Part shown: positions 9,121 through 18,783 of the stretch, in pieces
Layout of the letters: the number at the start of each line of letters is the position of its first letter
Position numbering within the stretch: the stretch's first letter is position 1
Assembly: GCA_016186955.1 (NCBI GenBank)
Contig: JACPKP010000004.1
Span: 71,288 to 135,287, forward strand
Length of the DNA stretch: 64,000 nucleotides
Origin: Candidatus Daviesbacteria bacterium
GTDB lineage: Bacteria > Patescibacteriota > Microgenomatia > Daviesbacterales > UBA10151
Reading direction: 5' to 3'
Notes under the pieces: model-generated
The model's input: the letters and a program-made list of their open reading frames with translations, nothing else
The model's database searches: none
Told to the model about the DNA's origin: nothing
Program-made: the position numbers and the translations under genes

Positions 9121-10587
9121 TCAAAGCGGCAGTGAAAAACTAAATACAGAGCCTTTCCCAAGCTCAGAGCTGACCCAGATCTTGCCTTTATGGACCTGGA
9201 TAATAGCTTTTGATATGTATAAGCCAAGACCAGTGCCCTTAGATCCTTGTTCCAGGTTTCCCGCCACTCTGAAGAATTTAGTAAAAAGGTGCGGCAGCGC
9301 TTCTTTGGGGATACCTTCACCTGTGTCTCCGATATGTGTGATAATTTCAGTGGGGGCAGTTTCTATCCAAACTTTCACAATTCCTCCAGGGTGGGTATAG
9401 GTTATGGCATTTGACAGCAGGTTGAATAAAACTTCGGTTATTCTTAACCTGTCCACAGATACTTTGGGTACAGGTTGGGTTGGTTCGATAAAGGTAAGTT
9501 GGATCTTTTTTTCTTTAGCGCTGTTGGAAAAGCTGTTGACAACATCTTTGACTAAAGGTGTCCAGTCTATTGGTTGGGTGGCGACAGACAACATCCCTTT
9601 CTCAATCCTTGAGACGCTTAGCAGATTGTCAACAAGACCACCCAGTTGTTGGGTTGAGATATCAATCCTGTTTAAAAACATCATCTGTTCCTCAGATAAG
9701 TTCTTGGAACTTTCCTGCAAAAAAACAGATAAATACCCTTTGATTGAAGTTAAAGGCGTCCGCAGTTCATGGGCAGCCATTGTCACAAAATCGAGTTTCA
9801 TGGCTTCCAGTTGTTTTTCCTTGGTGATGTCATGCAGGGTCATGACACAGCCTACGTTGGAGATTGTCCCCTCAGTTATATGCGATACCACAAGGTTGAT
9901 AAAAGCCTCTTTATGGTTGGGTTGCAGATGTTGCGGCTGTTTTTTCAAGCTGACAAGTTTAAGGTCTTGTTTGTTAAAAACAATCCCTTCAAAAGTATCT
10001 GTTTTAATCGGGCAATATAAAAGACTGGAAAGCTCATCTGTATTTTCAAAAATTTTGATTAAACTGCCTATTGGTTTTCCGATTGCTTCCTGGGCTGTAA
10101 ACCCTGTCAACTGCTGTGCTGCCTTATTAAATACAGTAACATTCCTGCTTAAATCTACGGCGATTACAGCATCAGCAATACTGGATAAGGTTACGGCAGA
10201 TTTATTCTTTTCCGTTAAAATAATATCCCTGTCAAGCGCTGACTTTTGCGTTGATTCCTGGAGTTTTTGGGCTAAAACATTAAAAGTTTCACCAAGGTGT
10301 TCAAATTCATCACCGCTTTGGATGCGTATCCTGTAATTTAGGTTCCCTCCGTTGATATAACCGCTGCCTGTTTCCAGCTCCTCTACAGGCTTGGTGACCT
10401 TATGGGCAAAAAAAAGGCTTAAAAGCGCTTCAGCAACCAAAAAAAATAAAGTAAGAATTAAAGCAAAAGTCCATGAGATATCTTGAACATTAAGCAATAT
10501 GAGGTTGTTAACAGTAAGCGGTACGGTAGCTGTTAAAATAAAAAGGAGTATTAATTTTTGCTTTAACCCTGGTTTTGGCAGCTCCAC
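9121..10587 (-). CDS. sensor histidine kinase (TM, HAMP, PAS, HisKA, HATPase_c)
   Basis: The H-box is 'MAAHELRTPLTSIKGY'. The G-boxes are 'GDTGEGIPKE' and 'GTGLGLYISK'. Two N-terminal TM segments are present. Confidence 0.85.
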   Translation of the reverse strand: MELPKPGLKQKLILLFILTATVPLTVNNLILLNVQDISWTFALILTLFFLVAEALLSLFFAHKVTKPVEELETGSGYINGGNLNYRIRIQSGDEFEHLGETFNVLAQKLQESTQKSALDRDIILTEKNKSAVTLSSIADAVIAVDLSRNVTVFNKAAQQLTGFTAQEAIGKPIGSLIKIFENTDELSSLLYCPIKTDTFEGIVFNKQDLKLVSLKKQPQHLQPNHKEAFINLVVSHITEGTISNVGCVMTLHDITKEKQLEAMKLDFVTMAAHELRTPLTSIKGYLSVFLQESSKNLSEEQMMFLNRIDISTQQLGGLVDNLLSVSRIEKGMLSVATQPIDWTPLVKDVVNSFSNSAKEKKIQLTFIEPTQPVPKVSVDRLRITEVLFNLLSNAITYTHPGGIVKVWIETAPTEIITHIGDTGEGIPKEALPHLFTKFFRVAGNLEQGSKGTGLGLYISKAIIQVHKGKIWVSSELGKGSVFSFSLPL

Positions 10588-10669
10588 CCTTTAATATTAT
10601 CAGGATATTTAGGGGATTGACAATAGCAAACTTGTTTTTTGCGGTTTTGAAACATAGAATATAGTGTTC

Positions 10670-12715
10670 ATGGCAAAATTTCAGATTGTGTCAGCTTTTA
10701 AGCCCACCGGTGACCAGCCACAAGCCATTAATATGCTTGCGGTTGGTCTCAGGCGTGGGGAAAAACACCAGGTTCTCCTGGGTGTAACAGGCTCAGGTAA
10801 AACATTTACTATGGCAAATGTTATTAAGGCTGTGCAAAAACCGACCCTGGTAATATCCCACAATAAAACTTTAGCCGGCCAGCTTGCCCAGGAATTTAAA
10901 TCCATTTTCCCTAAAAATGCAGTTGAATACTTTGTGTCTTACTATGATTATTACCAGCCTGAAGCCTATATCCCTCCATCAGATACATACATCGAAAAGG
11001 AAACTACAATAAATGAGGAGATTGAAAAACTACGTCTTTCGGCTACTACTTCTCTAATGACCCGCAAGGATGTTATTGTGGTAGCTTCGGTTTCCTGCAT
11101 TTATAATTTAGGCTCCCCGGTTGAATACGGAGGAGCTATCCTGGAGCTTAAAAACGGAGTAAAGGCAGGGTTTGAAGCAGTTTTAAAGGTTTTGCAGAAA
11201 ATGTTTTACTCCCGAAGTGGCATAGATTTTAAAAGGTCAACATACCGGGTTTCGGGGGATACATTGGATATTTTTCCGTCATATGCTGACTCAGCTTTCA
11301 GGGTTGAGTTTTTGGGGGACAAAATAGAAAAGATATCAAGCCTTAACCCCCTAACCGGTGAAGTATCTTTGGTGAATGAAACAGTCACCATTTATCCTGC
11401 CAAGCATTACATCACGCCGGAGCAAAGGTTAAAACCTGCTATAGCACAGATAGAAAGTGACTTAGAGTCCAGAGTCCAGAGTCTAGAGAAAGCAGGCAAG
11501 CTGTTGGAGGCGCAGAGGTTAGAACAAAGAACCAATTATGACCTGGAGATGATAAAAGAGTACGGGGTTTGCAACGGTATAGAAAATTATTCCAGATATT
11601 TTGACGGCAGAAAAGTTGGTGATCCGCCGTACACCCTGCTTGATTTCTTCTCCAAAGACTATCTGTTAATTATTGATGAATCACACATTACTTTGCCTCA
11701 AATTAGGGGGATGTACAACGGAGACAGGTCAAGGAAAGAGACATTGATTGATTTTGGTTTCAGGCTGCCTTCGGCTTTGGATAACAGGCCGCTTAAATTT
11801 GAAGAATTCCAAAGAAGGATAAATCAGGTAATTTATGTTTCAGCAACCCCTGATGAGTATGAACTAAGCCTGGCTGGCTATACCTCCATGGGATTACACC
11901 CCCGAGGTGAAGGGTATGGGTTAATGCCGGATGACACCTCGGGGGTGAAGCAAAAGGACAATATTGCAGAGCAGCTGGTCAGGCCGACAGGGATTGTGGA
12001 CCCGGAGATTTTTGTCAAGCCTACAGAAGGGCAGATCGCTGATGTGATGGGGGAGGTGGAAAAAAGAGTCAGGGCAAAGGAGAGAGTATTAATCACAACT
12101 TTGACTAAAAGAATGGCGGAGGATTTATCGGAATATTTGGCAGAGCGGGGGATCAAAGTGAATTATTTACACTCGGATATAGAAACCCTGAAGCGCTCGG
12201 ATATCCTGCAGTCATTAAGGCTTGGTGAATATGATGTATTGGTTGGGATTAATCTTTTAAGGGAGGGGTTGGATCTGCCTGAGGTGTCTCTGGTAATAAT
12301 TTTAGACGCTGACAAGGAGGGTTTTTTGCGCTCTAAGACGTCGCTCATCCAAACCATGGGTAGGGCAGCCAGGCATGTTAAGGGTCAGGTGATTATGTAT
12401 GCAGATACTGTCACTAAATCAATGCAGGCTGCAATAGATGAGGTGGAGCGTCGCCGGGGTTACCAGTTAGAATACAACAAAAAACAGGGGATAATCCCAA
12501 AAAGCATAGAAAAAGAGCTAAGGGACAGGTTGATAGAAAAAGTTGAAGCATTGGAAAAAAGGCTTAGTCATGAACTAACAATAGAGGATATTCCGCCAAA
12601 AGAGAGAGAAAAAATGGTGAAGCTTTTGGAGCAGCAGATGAAAGAAGCAGCAGAGCTGCTGGATTTTGAAGAAGCTGCAAGGCTAAGGGATCAGATTAAA
12701 GAATTAGGTGGTTAG
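10670..12715 (+). CDS. uvrB: excinuclease ABC subunit B (UvrB)
   Basis: 'FKPTGDQPQAINML...LLGVTGSGKTFTMANVI' is the helicase motif I region. The C-terminal UVR domain is 'LDFEEAARLRDQIKEL'. The ATG at 10670 is preferred over the GTG at 10664. Confidence 0.95.
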   Translation: MAKFQIVSAFKPTGDQPQAINMLAVGLRRGEKHQVLLGVTGSGKTFTMANVIKAVQKPTLVISHNKTLAGQLAQEFKSIFPKNAVEYFVSYYDYYQPEAYIPPSDTYIEKETTINEEIEKLRLSATTSLMTRKDVIVVASVSCIYNLGSPVEYGGAILELKNGVKAGFEAVLKVLQKMFYSRSGIDFKRSTYRVSGDTLDIFPSYADSAFRVEFLGDKIEKISSLNPLTGEVSLVNETVTIYPAKHYITPEQRLKPAIAQIESDLESRVQSLEKAGKLLEAQRLEQRTNYDLEMIKEYGVCNGIENYSRYFDGRKVGDPPYTLLDFFSKDYLLIIDESHITLPQIRGMYNGDRSRKETLIDFGFRLPSALDNRPLKFEEFQRRINQVIYVSATPDEYELSLAGYTSMGLHPRGEGYGLMPDDTSGVKQKDNIAEQLVRPTGIVDPEIFVKPTEGQIADVMGEVEKRVRAKERVLITTLTKRMAEDLSEYLAERGIKVNYLHSDIETLKRSDILQSLRLGEYDVLVGINLLREGLDLPEVSLVIILDADKEGFLRSKTSLIQTMGRAARHVKGQVIMYADTVTKSMQAAIDEVERRRGYQLEYNKKQGIIPKSIEKELRDRLIEKVEALEKRLSHELTIEDIPPKEREKMVKLLEQQMKEAAELLDFEEAARLRDQIKELGG

Positions 12716-12880
12716 GGTCTGGAAAGATCAATATTGAAGTCAACCCAAGGAGCTTCAGGAGTCCTTCCGAAGTATAGGATACCAGTTCCCTCAGCCATCC
12801 AATGTGTAACATTATTTGGTCCGATCGGACCATTTTGTGTTATTTTTGAACCAGAATACCTCGCAGCTCTACTGCGGGGT

Positions 12881-12933
12881 GGGATTATGAAATTTTAAAA
12901 GAGGCTGTAAAAATCAGAGATCAGATTAAAAAC
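12881..12933 (+). repeat. degenerate copy of the last ~50 bp of uvrB, located ~170 bp downstream of the uvrB stop
   Basis: 'ggattatgaa...gaggctgtaaaaatcagagatcagattaaaaac' versus the uvrB end 'ggattttgaagaagctgcaaggctaagggatcagattaaagaa'. Confidence 0.6.
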
Positions 12934-13252
12934 TTTTCAGCTTTTTTGCATTTTTTGCTGATTCCTCAAAGACCCTTTTTGTATCTTCAATCAGCTTCCG
13001 GTCTGCCATTGCCGAATGGGCCCAATTTTGGGTGTAGTTACAACCTGAAATTTCACAATACCAACCGTCATCCGCGGCAGTCAGGGTAGGGCTGAAGTCA
13101 AGTCCTTTATGCGGATAACCGCAGGTGAATGGATGCCAGACCCCGCTTTGCTGGTAAAAATTTAACGCTTCAACCTGTTCTGAAGTAAAAGGTGCGGTAA
13201 TTATTCCCGGTTGGATTTCATTGTTAATATTTTTTTCAGGAGTAGGTTCCAT
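12926..13252 (-). CDS. hypothetical protein (Trp/Cys-containing, 'WHPFTCGYPHKG')
   Basis: The ORF is cut back to the internal ATG (MEPTPEK), which avoids overlap with the uvrA start. Confidence 0.4.
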   Translation of the reverse strand: MEPTPEKNINNEIQPGIITAPFTSEQVEALNFYQQSGVWHPFTCGYPHKGLDFSPTLTAADDGWYCEISGCNYTQNWAHSAMADRKLIEDTKRVFEESAKNAKKLKSF

Positions 13253-13311
13253 GCGGATATTATACAAGGGCTTTAAAAAATTTGCAAAACTTGGTACAAT
13301 TGCTTGCATTT

Positions 13312-16239
13312 ATGGCAGCAGACAAAATTATTATTAAAGGGGCCCGCGAAAACAACCTGAAAAATATTGACTTGGAGATTCCCAAAAACCAACTTGTGGT
13401 TTTTACAGGGATCTCCGGTTCCGGTAAATCCTCGCTGGCTTTTGACACCCTTTATGCTGAAGGGCAGAGGCGTTATGTTGAATCCTTAAGCGCTTATGCC
13501 AGGCAGTTTTTGGGGGTGATGGATAAACCTGACGTTGATTATATAGAAGGGTTATCCCCTGCCATCTCAATTGACCAGAAGGCTGCTTCCCACAACCCAA
13601 GATCTACCGTAGGCACAACGACTGAAATATATGATTATTTAAGGTTGTTGTTTGCCAGGATAGGCCATCCCCATTGCCCAATCTGCGGCAGGGAGATCTC
13701 CAGGATAAGTGTGGAGCAGATAGTAGAACAGGCGCTGGAAAGTCAAAAGGAAAAAGTAAAAAGTAAAAAAGGCGGAAGGATTATGGTGTTGGCGCCTATT
13801 GTCAAAGATAGGAAGGGAGAATATACATCACTTTTTGAGGATCTTAGAAAAAAAGGGTTTTCCAGGGTGAGGATTGATGGGGTTATCAGGGATTTGGCAG
13901 AAGACTTTTTACTGATTAAAACAAACAAACACACCATTGATGTGGTAGTGGACCGCCTAGTGTTGGATAAAACTGCCATTTCGAGTATTAGCGAGAAATC
14001 TCAAGTTCTCACACGCCTTTCACAATCCATTGAAACAGCTCTTAAAATGGGGGAGGGGTCAGTTATCATTTCAGAAGTTTTAGATGCTTCACTGGAATTT
14101 CCGGTAAACCCCAAAAAAATGAAGGACCACCTTTTTTCAGAGAGGTTTGCCTGCCCTGTAGATAACATAGCGCTTGCGGAGATTGAACCAAGGCTTTTTT
14201 CATTTAACTCCCCTCATGGGGCTTGCCCTGGGTGCACCGGACTAGGCACATTACTTGAGATTGATCCTGACGCTGTGTTAAACCCAATACTATCTATAGC
14301 GGAAGGGGGGATATTGCCCTGGTCAAAGCTTGCCAATAATGAAACCTGGTTTACCAGGCTCATTGAAGCTGTCGGGAAGAAATACGGTTTTGACCTTTTT
14401 ACCAGGCTAGGGCAAATTTCCGAAAAAAGTAAGAAAGTTTTGCTTTTTGGGGCAGGAGATGAACAATTTAAAGTTGAGGGTAAAAACAGGCAGGGGAGAT
14501 GGACCCATTTTTATTCCACTTTTGGTGGTTTAGTTGAATACCTTAAAGAGCGCTACAAAGAGACTGAATCTGATTATGTAAAAGCCGAAATTGAAAAATA
14601 TATGGTTAAAGAAATATGCCGGTTATGCCTTGGCGCAAGACTCAAAAAGGATGTTTTATCTATCACTGTTGACGGATTAAACATTGCTGAGGTAACTACC
14701 CAGTCCATAAATGAGGCATTGGAGTGGTTTAAAACCTTGGTTATGCCAAAACTGACAGAGCGTGAAATAACAATAGCGAAACCGGTCCTGAAAGAAATTT
14801 GTTCCCGCCTGCAGTTTTTAGTTGACGTAGGGCTGGCATACCTAACGTTGGACCGGGCTGCCATGACTTTGGCAGGAGGGGAATCGCAAAGGATTAGGCT
14901 GGCATCCCAGATCGGATCAGGACTTTCAGGTGTTTTATATGTTTTAGACGAACCTTCAATAGGATTGCACCAGCGGGATAACAACAGACTTATTGAGACT
15001 TTAAAAAGGCTGCGGGATTTGGGCAATACAGTCATAGTTAATGAGCATGATGGGGAAACTATAGAAAATGCGGATTTTCTAATTGAGATTGGCCCGGGAG
15101 CAGGGGAACACGGCGGGTATATTACATTTACGGGTACACCCGGGGAGATGAAGCAAGATAAGGATTCTCTGACAGGTAAGTATTTGTCAGGCAAGAAAAA
15201 AATTGAAGCTTTACCCGATTCAGCCCTTAGGAAAACTTCCGAAAACTTCGGGACTTTGGAAATAGTGGGTGCGAGCGAGCATAATTTAAAAAACATCAAT
15301 GTTAAATTCCCCTTAGGAAAACTTATCAGCATAACCGGGGTGTCTGGTTCGGGAAAATCAACTCTTGTGCATGATATTTTATATCGGGCTTTAGCAAATA
15401 AATTTTTCCACTCCAGGGAAAAAGCAGGCCAATTTCAAGAACTGGTTGGGATAGAAAATATTGATAAGGTTGTTTTAGTTGACCAATCCCCGATTGGGCG
15501 CACACCAAGATCCAACCCGGCTACTTATACAGGATCGTTTACTTTTATCAGGGAGCTTTTTTCTTCATCACCTGAGGCTAAAATACGCGGTTATGATCCC
15601 GGCAGGTTTTCATTTAATGTTAAAGGTGGCAGATGTGAAGTGTGCGAAGGAGAGGGGCAGATCAAAATTGAGATGCAGTTTTTACCCGATGTATTTGTAA
15701 CTTGTGAAGCCTGCGGAGGTAAAAGGTATAACAGGGAGGCTTTGGATATGCATTTTAAGGAAAAAAATATCTCTGAGGTTTTGGATATGACAGTGGAGGA
15801 AGCTTTAGATTTTTTCAAAAATATCCCTCAGGTAAAAAATAAGCTGACGGTTTTAAATGATGTAGGGTTGGGGTATATCAGGTTGGGGCAGTCTGCCACA
15901 ACCTTGTCAGGAGGGGAGGCCCAAAGGGTGAAGCTCTCAACCGAGCTTTCCAAACGCCCAACAGGGCATACTCTTTATATCCTTGATGAACCCACAACAG
16001 GGCTGCATTTTGCGGATATTGAGAGGCTGTTACAGATTCTCAGAAGGTTGGTTAACTTGGGCAATACTGTGGTGATCATTGAACATAACCTGGATGTGGT
16101 GAAAAATGCAGACTGGGTCATAGATCTGGGCCCTGAGGGCGGGGATATGGGAGGGAAAATTATCGGTGAGGGTACACCAAAACAGCTGTCACAAATTAAA
16201 ACTTCCTACACCGGCCAATATTTAGCAAAGATATTTTAA
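13312..16239 (+). CDS. uvrA: excinuclease ABC subunit A (UvrA)
   Basis: '[59 protein letters not shown]' is present. Two ABC ATPase modules and zinc-finger Cys clusters are also present. Confidence 0.95.
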   Translation: MAADKIIIKGARENNLKNIDLEIPKNQLVVFTGISGSGKSSLAFDTLYAEGQRRYVESLSAYARQFLGVMDKPDVDYIEGLSPAISIDQKAASHNPRSTVGTTTEIYDYLRLLFARIGHPHCPICGREISRISVEQIVEQALESQKEKVKSKKGGRIMVLAPIVKDRKGEYTSLFEDLRKKGFSRVRIDGVIRDLAEDFLLIKTNKHTIDVVVDRLVLDKTAISSISEKSQVLTRLSQSIETALKMGEGSVIISEVLDASLEFPVNPKKMKDHLFSERFACPVDNIALAEIEPRLFSFNSPHGACPGCTGLGTLLEIDPDAVLNPILSIAEGGILPWSKLANNETWFTRLIEAVGKKYGFDLFTRLGQISEKSKKVLLFGAGDEQFKVEGKNRQGRWTHFYSTFGGLVEYLKERYKETESDYVKAEIEKYMVKEICRLCLGARLKKDVLSITVDGLNIAEVTTQSINEALEWFKTLVMPKLTEREITIAKPVLKEICSRLQFLVDVGLAYLTLDRAAMTLAGGESQRIRLASQIGSGLSGVLYVLDEPSIGLHQRDNNRLIETLKRLRDLGNTVIVNEHDGETIENADFLIEIGPGAGEHGGYITFTGTPGEMKQDKDSLTGKYLSGKKKIEALPDSALRKTSENFGTLEIVGASEHNLKNINVKFPLGKLISITGVSGSGKSTLVHDILYRALANKFFHSREKAGQFQELVGIENIDKVVLVDQSPIGRTPRSNPATYTGSFTFIRELFSSSPEAKIRGYDPGRFSFNVKGGRCEVCEGEGQIKIEMQFLPDVFVTCEACGGKRYNREALDMHFKEKNISEVLDMTVEEALDFFKNIPQVKNKLTVLNDVGLGYIRLGQSATTLSGGEAQRVKLSTELSKRPTGHTLYILDEPTTGLHFADIERLLQILRRLVNLGNTVVIIEHNLDVVKNADWVIDLGPEGGDMGGKIIGEGTPKQLSQIKTSYTGQYLAKIF

Positions 16240-16478
16240 GGATTGCGTTTTGGGAAAGGCAGTTTTGTTTGGTTTAAAGCATCTTTGAGTTTAGGGTCAG
16301 TAATGCCTTCGAAGGTTTCCGCTGCTCTTTTGGTTGTTTGATCAACAATTCTTTCGGCCTCTTCGTCAGTTATACCACCCCTTGCTACCAATTCTCTAAA
16401 AAACTCAGTACCCAAGTGCTTTGTCCAGATATCTACATAGTCCTGAACAGTCTCAAGTTCTTTTTTAATGGATATCAC
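16236..16478 (-). CDS. hypothetical small protein
   Basis: 80-aa ORF with no recognised motif. Confidence 0.3.
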   Translation of the reverse strand: MISIKKELETVQDYVDIWTKHLGTEFFRELVARGGITDEEAERIVDQTTKRAAETFEGITDPKLKDALNQTKLPFPKRNP

Positions 16479-16581
16479 CTCCCAAATAAATTATTAAATA
16501 TAGAACATAAAAATACAAGTCTCTCAATTGATGTCAAAAATACCCTGCAGTCTTGAAGGTTGCAATGTTTGGGATAAATCT

Positions 16582-16782
16582 TCAACGTAGCGGTGTAATA
16601 TATCTTGTCGTATTTTCTAATCTTCGGGTAGTTTTTTCCAAGCGGTCAATCCTTCGGAGAAGCTGTTCCAATGCAAGAGTTTTAGCTTCCTGGGAACCCT
16701 CCTCCAAAGTTTTGGCAAGGCTAGATGCCTCCTTTGCTATATCATCTACTGGTAATCTTTCCGGCATTAATCCCACCCCCAA
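16582..16782 (-). CDS. hypothetical small protein
   Basis: 66-aa ORF that is predicted helical. Confidence 0.25.
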   Translation of the reverse strand: MGVGLMPERLPVDDIAKEASSLAKTLEEGSQEAKTLALEQLLRRIDRLEKTTRRLENTTRYITPLR

Positions 16783-16912
16783 TTTTTAATCATTATAGCA
16801 CAAAAACTATAACTGCTGTATATAGTTTGGCTAAATTCGTAATTGGTGTCTTTTCCTGCTAGAATTTAGATTAGATCCTATTGTGGTAGTTTCCACTCCA
16901 GGATGACAGTTA

Positions 16913-18781
16913 ATGAAGAAAATAATTTATTGCGTAATAATTTTACCTGTTTTACTTTTTACTTTTTACTTTTTACTTTTTACTCCTGTTTTTGCTGCAG
17001 GGGAGTTTGCCACCTCATATAACATTACCTATGATGTGCTGCCTTCAGGGGAGACTGAGGTGGAGGAAGATGTTAAACTAAGGAACTTAACTGACCGTTT
17101 CTATGCCTCCTCTTTTACCCTAAGTATTGGGGCAACCAGTATCTCTGATGTTACAGCCTCAGATTCGCAGGGGCAGATTCCAGTGGAAGTTTCAAAAAAT
17201 AATACAAAAACCAATATTACAGTTAGATTTACCTCCCAGGTTGTTGGCAAGGACAAAGAGTATCTTTGGAAACTCAGGTTTAAATCCAAGGATTTTGCAC
17301 AAGCACAAGGTAAAATTTGGCAGGTATCGGTGCCAAAGATTTCTTCGCTTGAGGATTTGGATAATTATAGCTTGGTATTATCCATACCCGTTAGCTTTGG
17401 TGATCCGACATCAATCACCCCGGAACCCAAAAAACAGACTGAGGCAGGGGGTAGATTGAATTTATATTTTACAAAGGAACAGCTTTCGGATTCAGGAGTT
17501 TTAGCTAATTTTGGCACTGACCAGACCTTTGAATTTCAGGCTAACTTTCAAATTTACAACAAATCCATAGTGCCAGCTTTAGCCAGAATCCCTTTACCTG
17601 CTGATACAGAGTACCAGCAGGTAATGATACAAAACATTAACCCGAAACCGGAAAATGTCATCAAAGATGGCGACGGCAACTATATAGCCTGGTTTAAGGC
17701 GGACAAAAGACAATCTTTAAAGGTAGAAGTTTCCGGTTTAGCCCGCCTGTCCTTCAAAAGCAAAAAAAAGACAGAACTCTCCACAGATGAGATAATTACT
17801 TATACCTCAAGCCAGAAATACTGGGAAAAAGATACTCCCCAGATTAAAAATAAACTTGCGGAGGTTTTTAAGGATAAAAAGATCAACTCAAATTCAGAAA
17901 AAGCAAGGTTGATCCATAAATTTATAAGCTCCTTTTTACAGTATGACCAGAGCAGGTTAAACGAAAAAAATTTCCAGAGGTTGGGAGCCTTAACTGCCCT
18001 TTCCAACCCTGACAAGGCATTATGCAGTGAGTTTACTGACCTGTTTGTTGCAATGGCGCGCTCAGCGGGTGTGCCCGCAAGGGCGCTCATCGGGTATGCA
18101 TACACCTCCAACAATGATTTAAGGCCGCTTTCTTTTGGAGACAGCATCCTTCATGCATGGCCTGAATATTTTGACCCTGATTTGGGATGGGTTATGGTTG
18201 ATCCGACCTGGGAAAATACTACAGGCGGAGTAGATTATTTTTCCAAGCTGGATTTAAATCATTTTGTTCTTTTAACAAGGGGGTTATCTTCCGAAGATCC
18301 GCTACCTCCGGGTGAGGTGAGTGTTAAATTTTCCGATGCAGAATTTAAACCAAGTGCGAAAATTAACCTGTCGATTGATGCCCAGCCGGAAATCTTTGCA
18401 GCCTTTCCTGCAAAAGCTACAGTGCGGGTGGAAAATTCCGGAAATGCAGTAGCTCCTATAAGCAATTTAAGCTTTTCTGCTGCAAATTTGAAAATTGTAG
18501 GTGATAATCCGGTTGGGGTTCCAGGTTTGCCCCCTTTTGGGTCATTTAAGTATGAGTATGATCTTCGGACTAATAACCTTTGGGAATCATATGATGATAT
18601 CCTGCAGCTTAAAGTAGGAGAAGAGACAATTGAAAAAAAAGTAAGAATTAAACCTTTTTTTGCCTACCAGTATTTTGCACCGGTAGTAATAAGTATTATT
18701 TTATTGATGGTAGGTATTTATGCCGGAATATTGTACCTGCGGCTTAAAAACAGAAACGATTATAATTTAAAACCCCGTTGA
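16913..18781 (+). CDS. transglutaminase-like domain membrane/secreted protein
   Basis: 'ALCSEFTDLFVAMARSAGVPARALIGY...HAWPEYFDPDLGWVMVDPT' is the Cys-His-Asp transglutaminase core. An N-terminal signal/TM segment and a C-terminal TM segment are present. Confidence 0.7.
   Translation: MKKIIYCVIILPVLLFTFYFLLFTPVFAAGEFATSYNITYDVLPSGETEVEEDVKLRNLTDRFYASSFTLSIGATSISDVTASDSQGQIPVEVSKNNTKTNITVRFTSQVVGKDKEYLWKLRFKSKDFAQAQGKIWQVSVPKISSLEDLDNYSLVLSIPVSFGDPTSITPEPKKQTEAGGRLNLYFTKEQLSDSGVLANFGTDQTFEFQANFQIYNKSIVPALARIPLPADTEYQQVMIQNINPKPENVIKDGDGNYIAWFKADKRQSLKVEVSGLARLSFKSKKKTELSTDEIITYTSSQKYWEKDTPQIKNKLAEVFKDKKINSNSEKARLIHKFISSFLQYDQSRLNEKNFQRLGALTALSNPDKALCSEFTDLFVAMARSAGVPARALIGYAYTSNNDLRPLSFGDSILHAWPEYFDPDLGWVMVDPTWENTTGGVDYFSKLDLNHFVLLTRGLSSEDPLPPGEVSVKFSDAEFKPSAKINLSIDAQPEIFAAFPAKATVRVENSGNAVAPISNLSFSAANLKIVGDNPVGVPGLPPFGSFKYEYDLRTNNLWESYDDILQLKVGEETIEKKVRIKPFFAYQYFAPVVISIILLMVGIYAGILYLRLKNRNDYNLKPR
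16961..16990 (+). repeat. tandem hexamer (TTTTAC)x5 inside the signal-peptide coding region of the transglutaminase-like gene
   Basis: 'ttttactttttactttttactttttactttttac' is read directly. Confidence 0.8.
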
Positions 18782-18783
18782 GT

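Noticed and set aside
9404-10336. 310-aa plus-strand ORF, and other ORFs, overlapping the histidine-kinase gene
   Set aside because: It lies antisense to a well-supported HisKA/HATPase gene, and its translation is low-complexity Ser/Leu/Cys-rich. It is a shadow ORF.
10648-10670. GAAC-N12-GTTC imperfect palindrome at the uvrB start as a LexA/Cheo box
   Set aside because: The spacing and sequence do not match known LexA box classes or the lexA-upstream candidate. The palindrome is weak, with only 4-bp arms.
13260-13600. Small minus-strand ORFs overlapping the uvrA 5' region (13260-13448, 13403-13600)
   Set aside because: They are antisense to the highly conserved UvrA ABC domain and are spurious.
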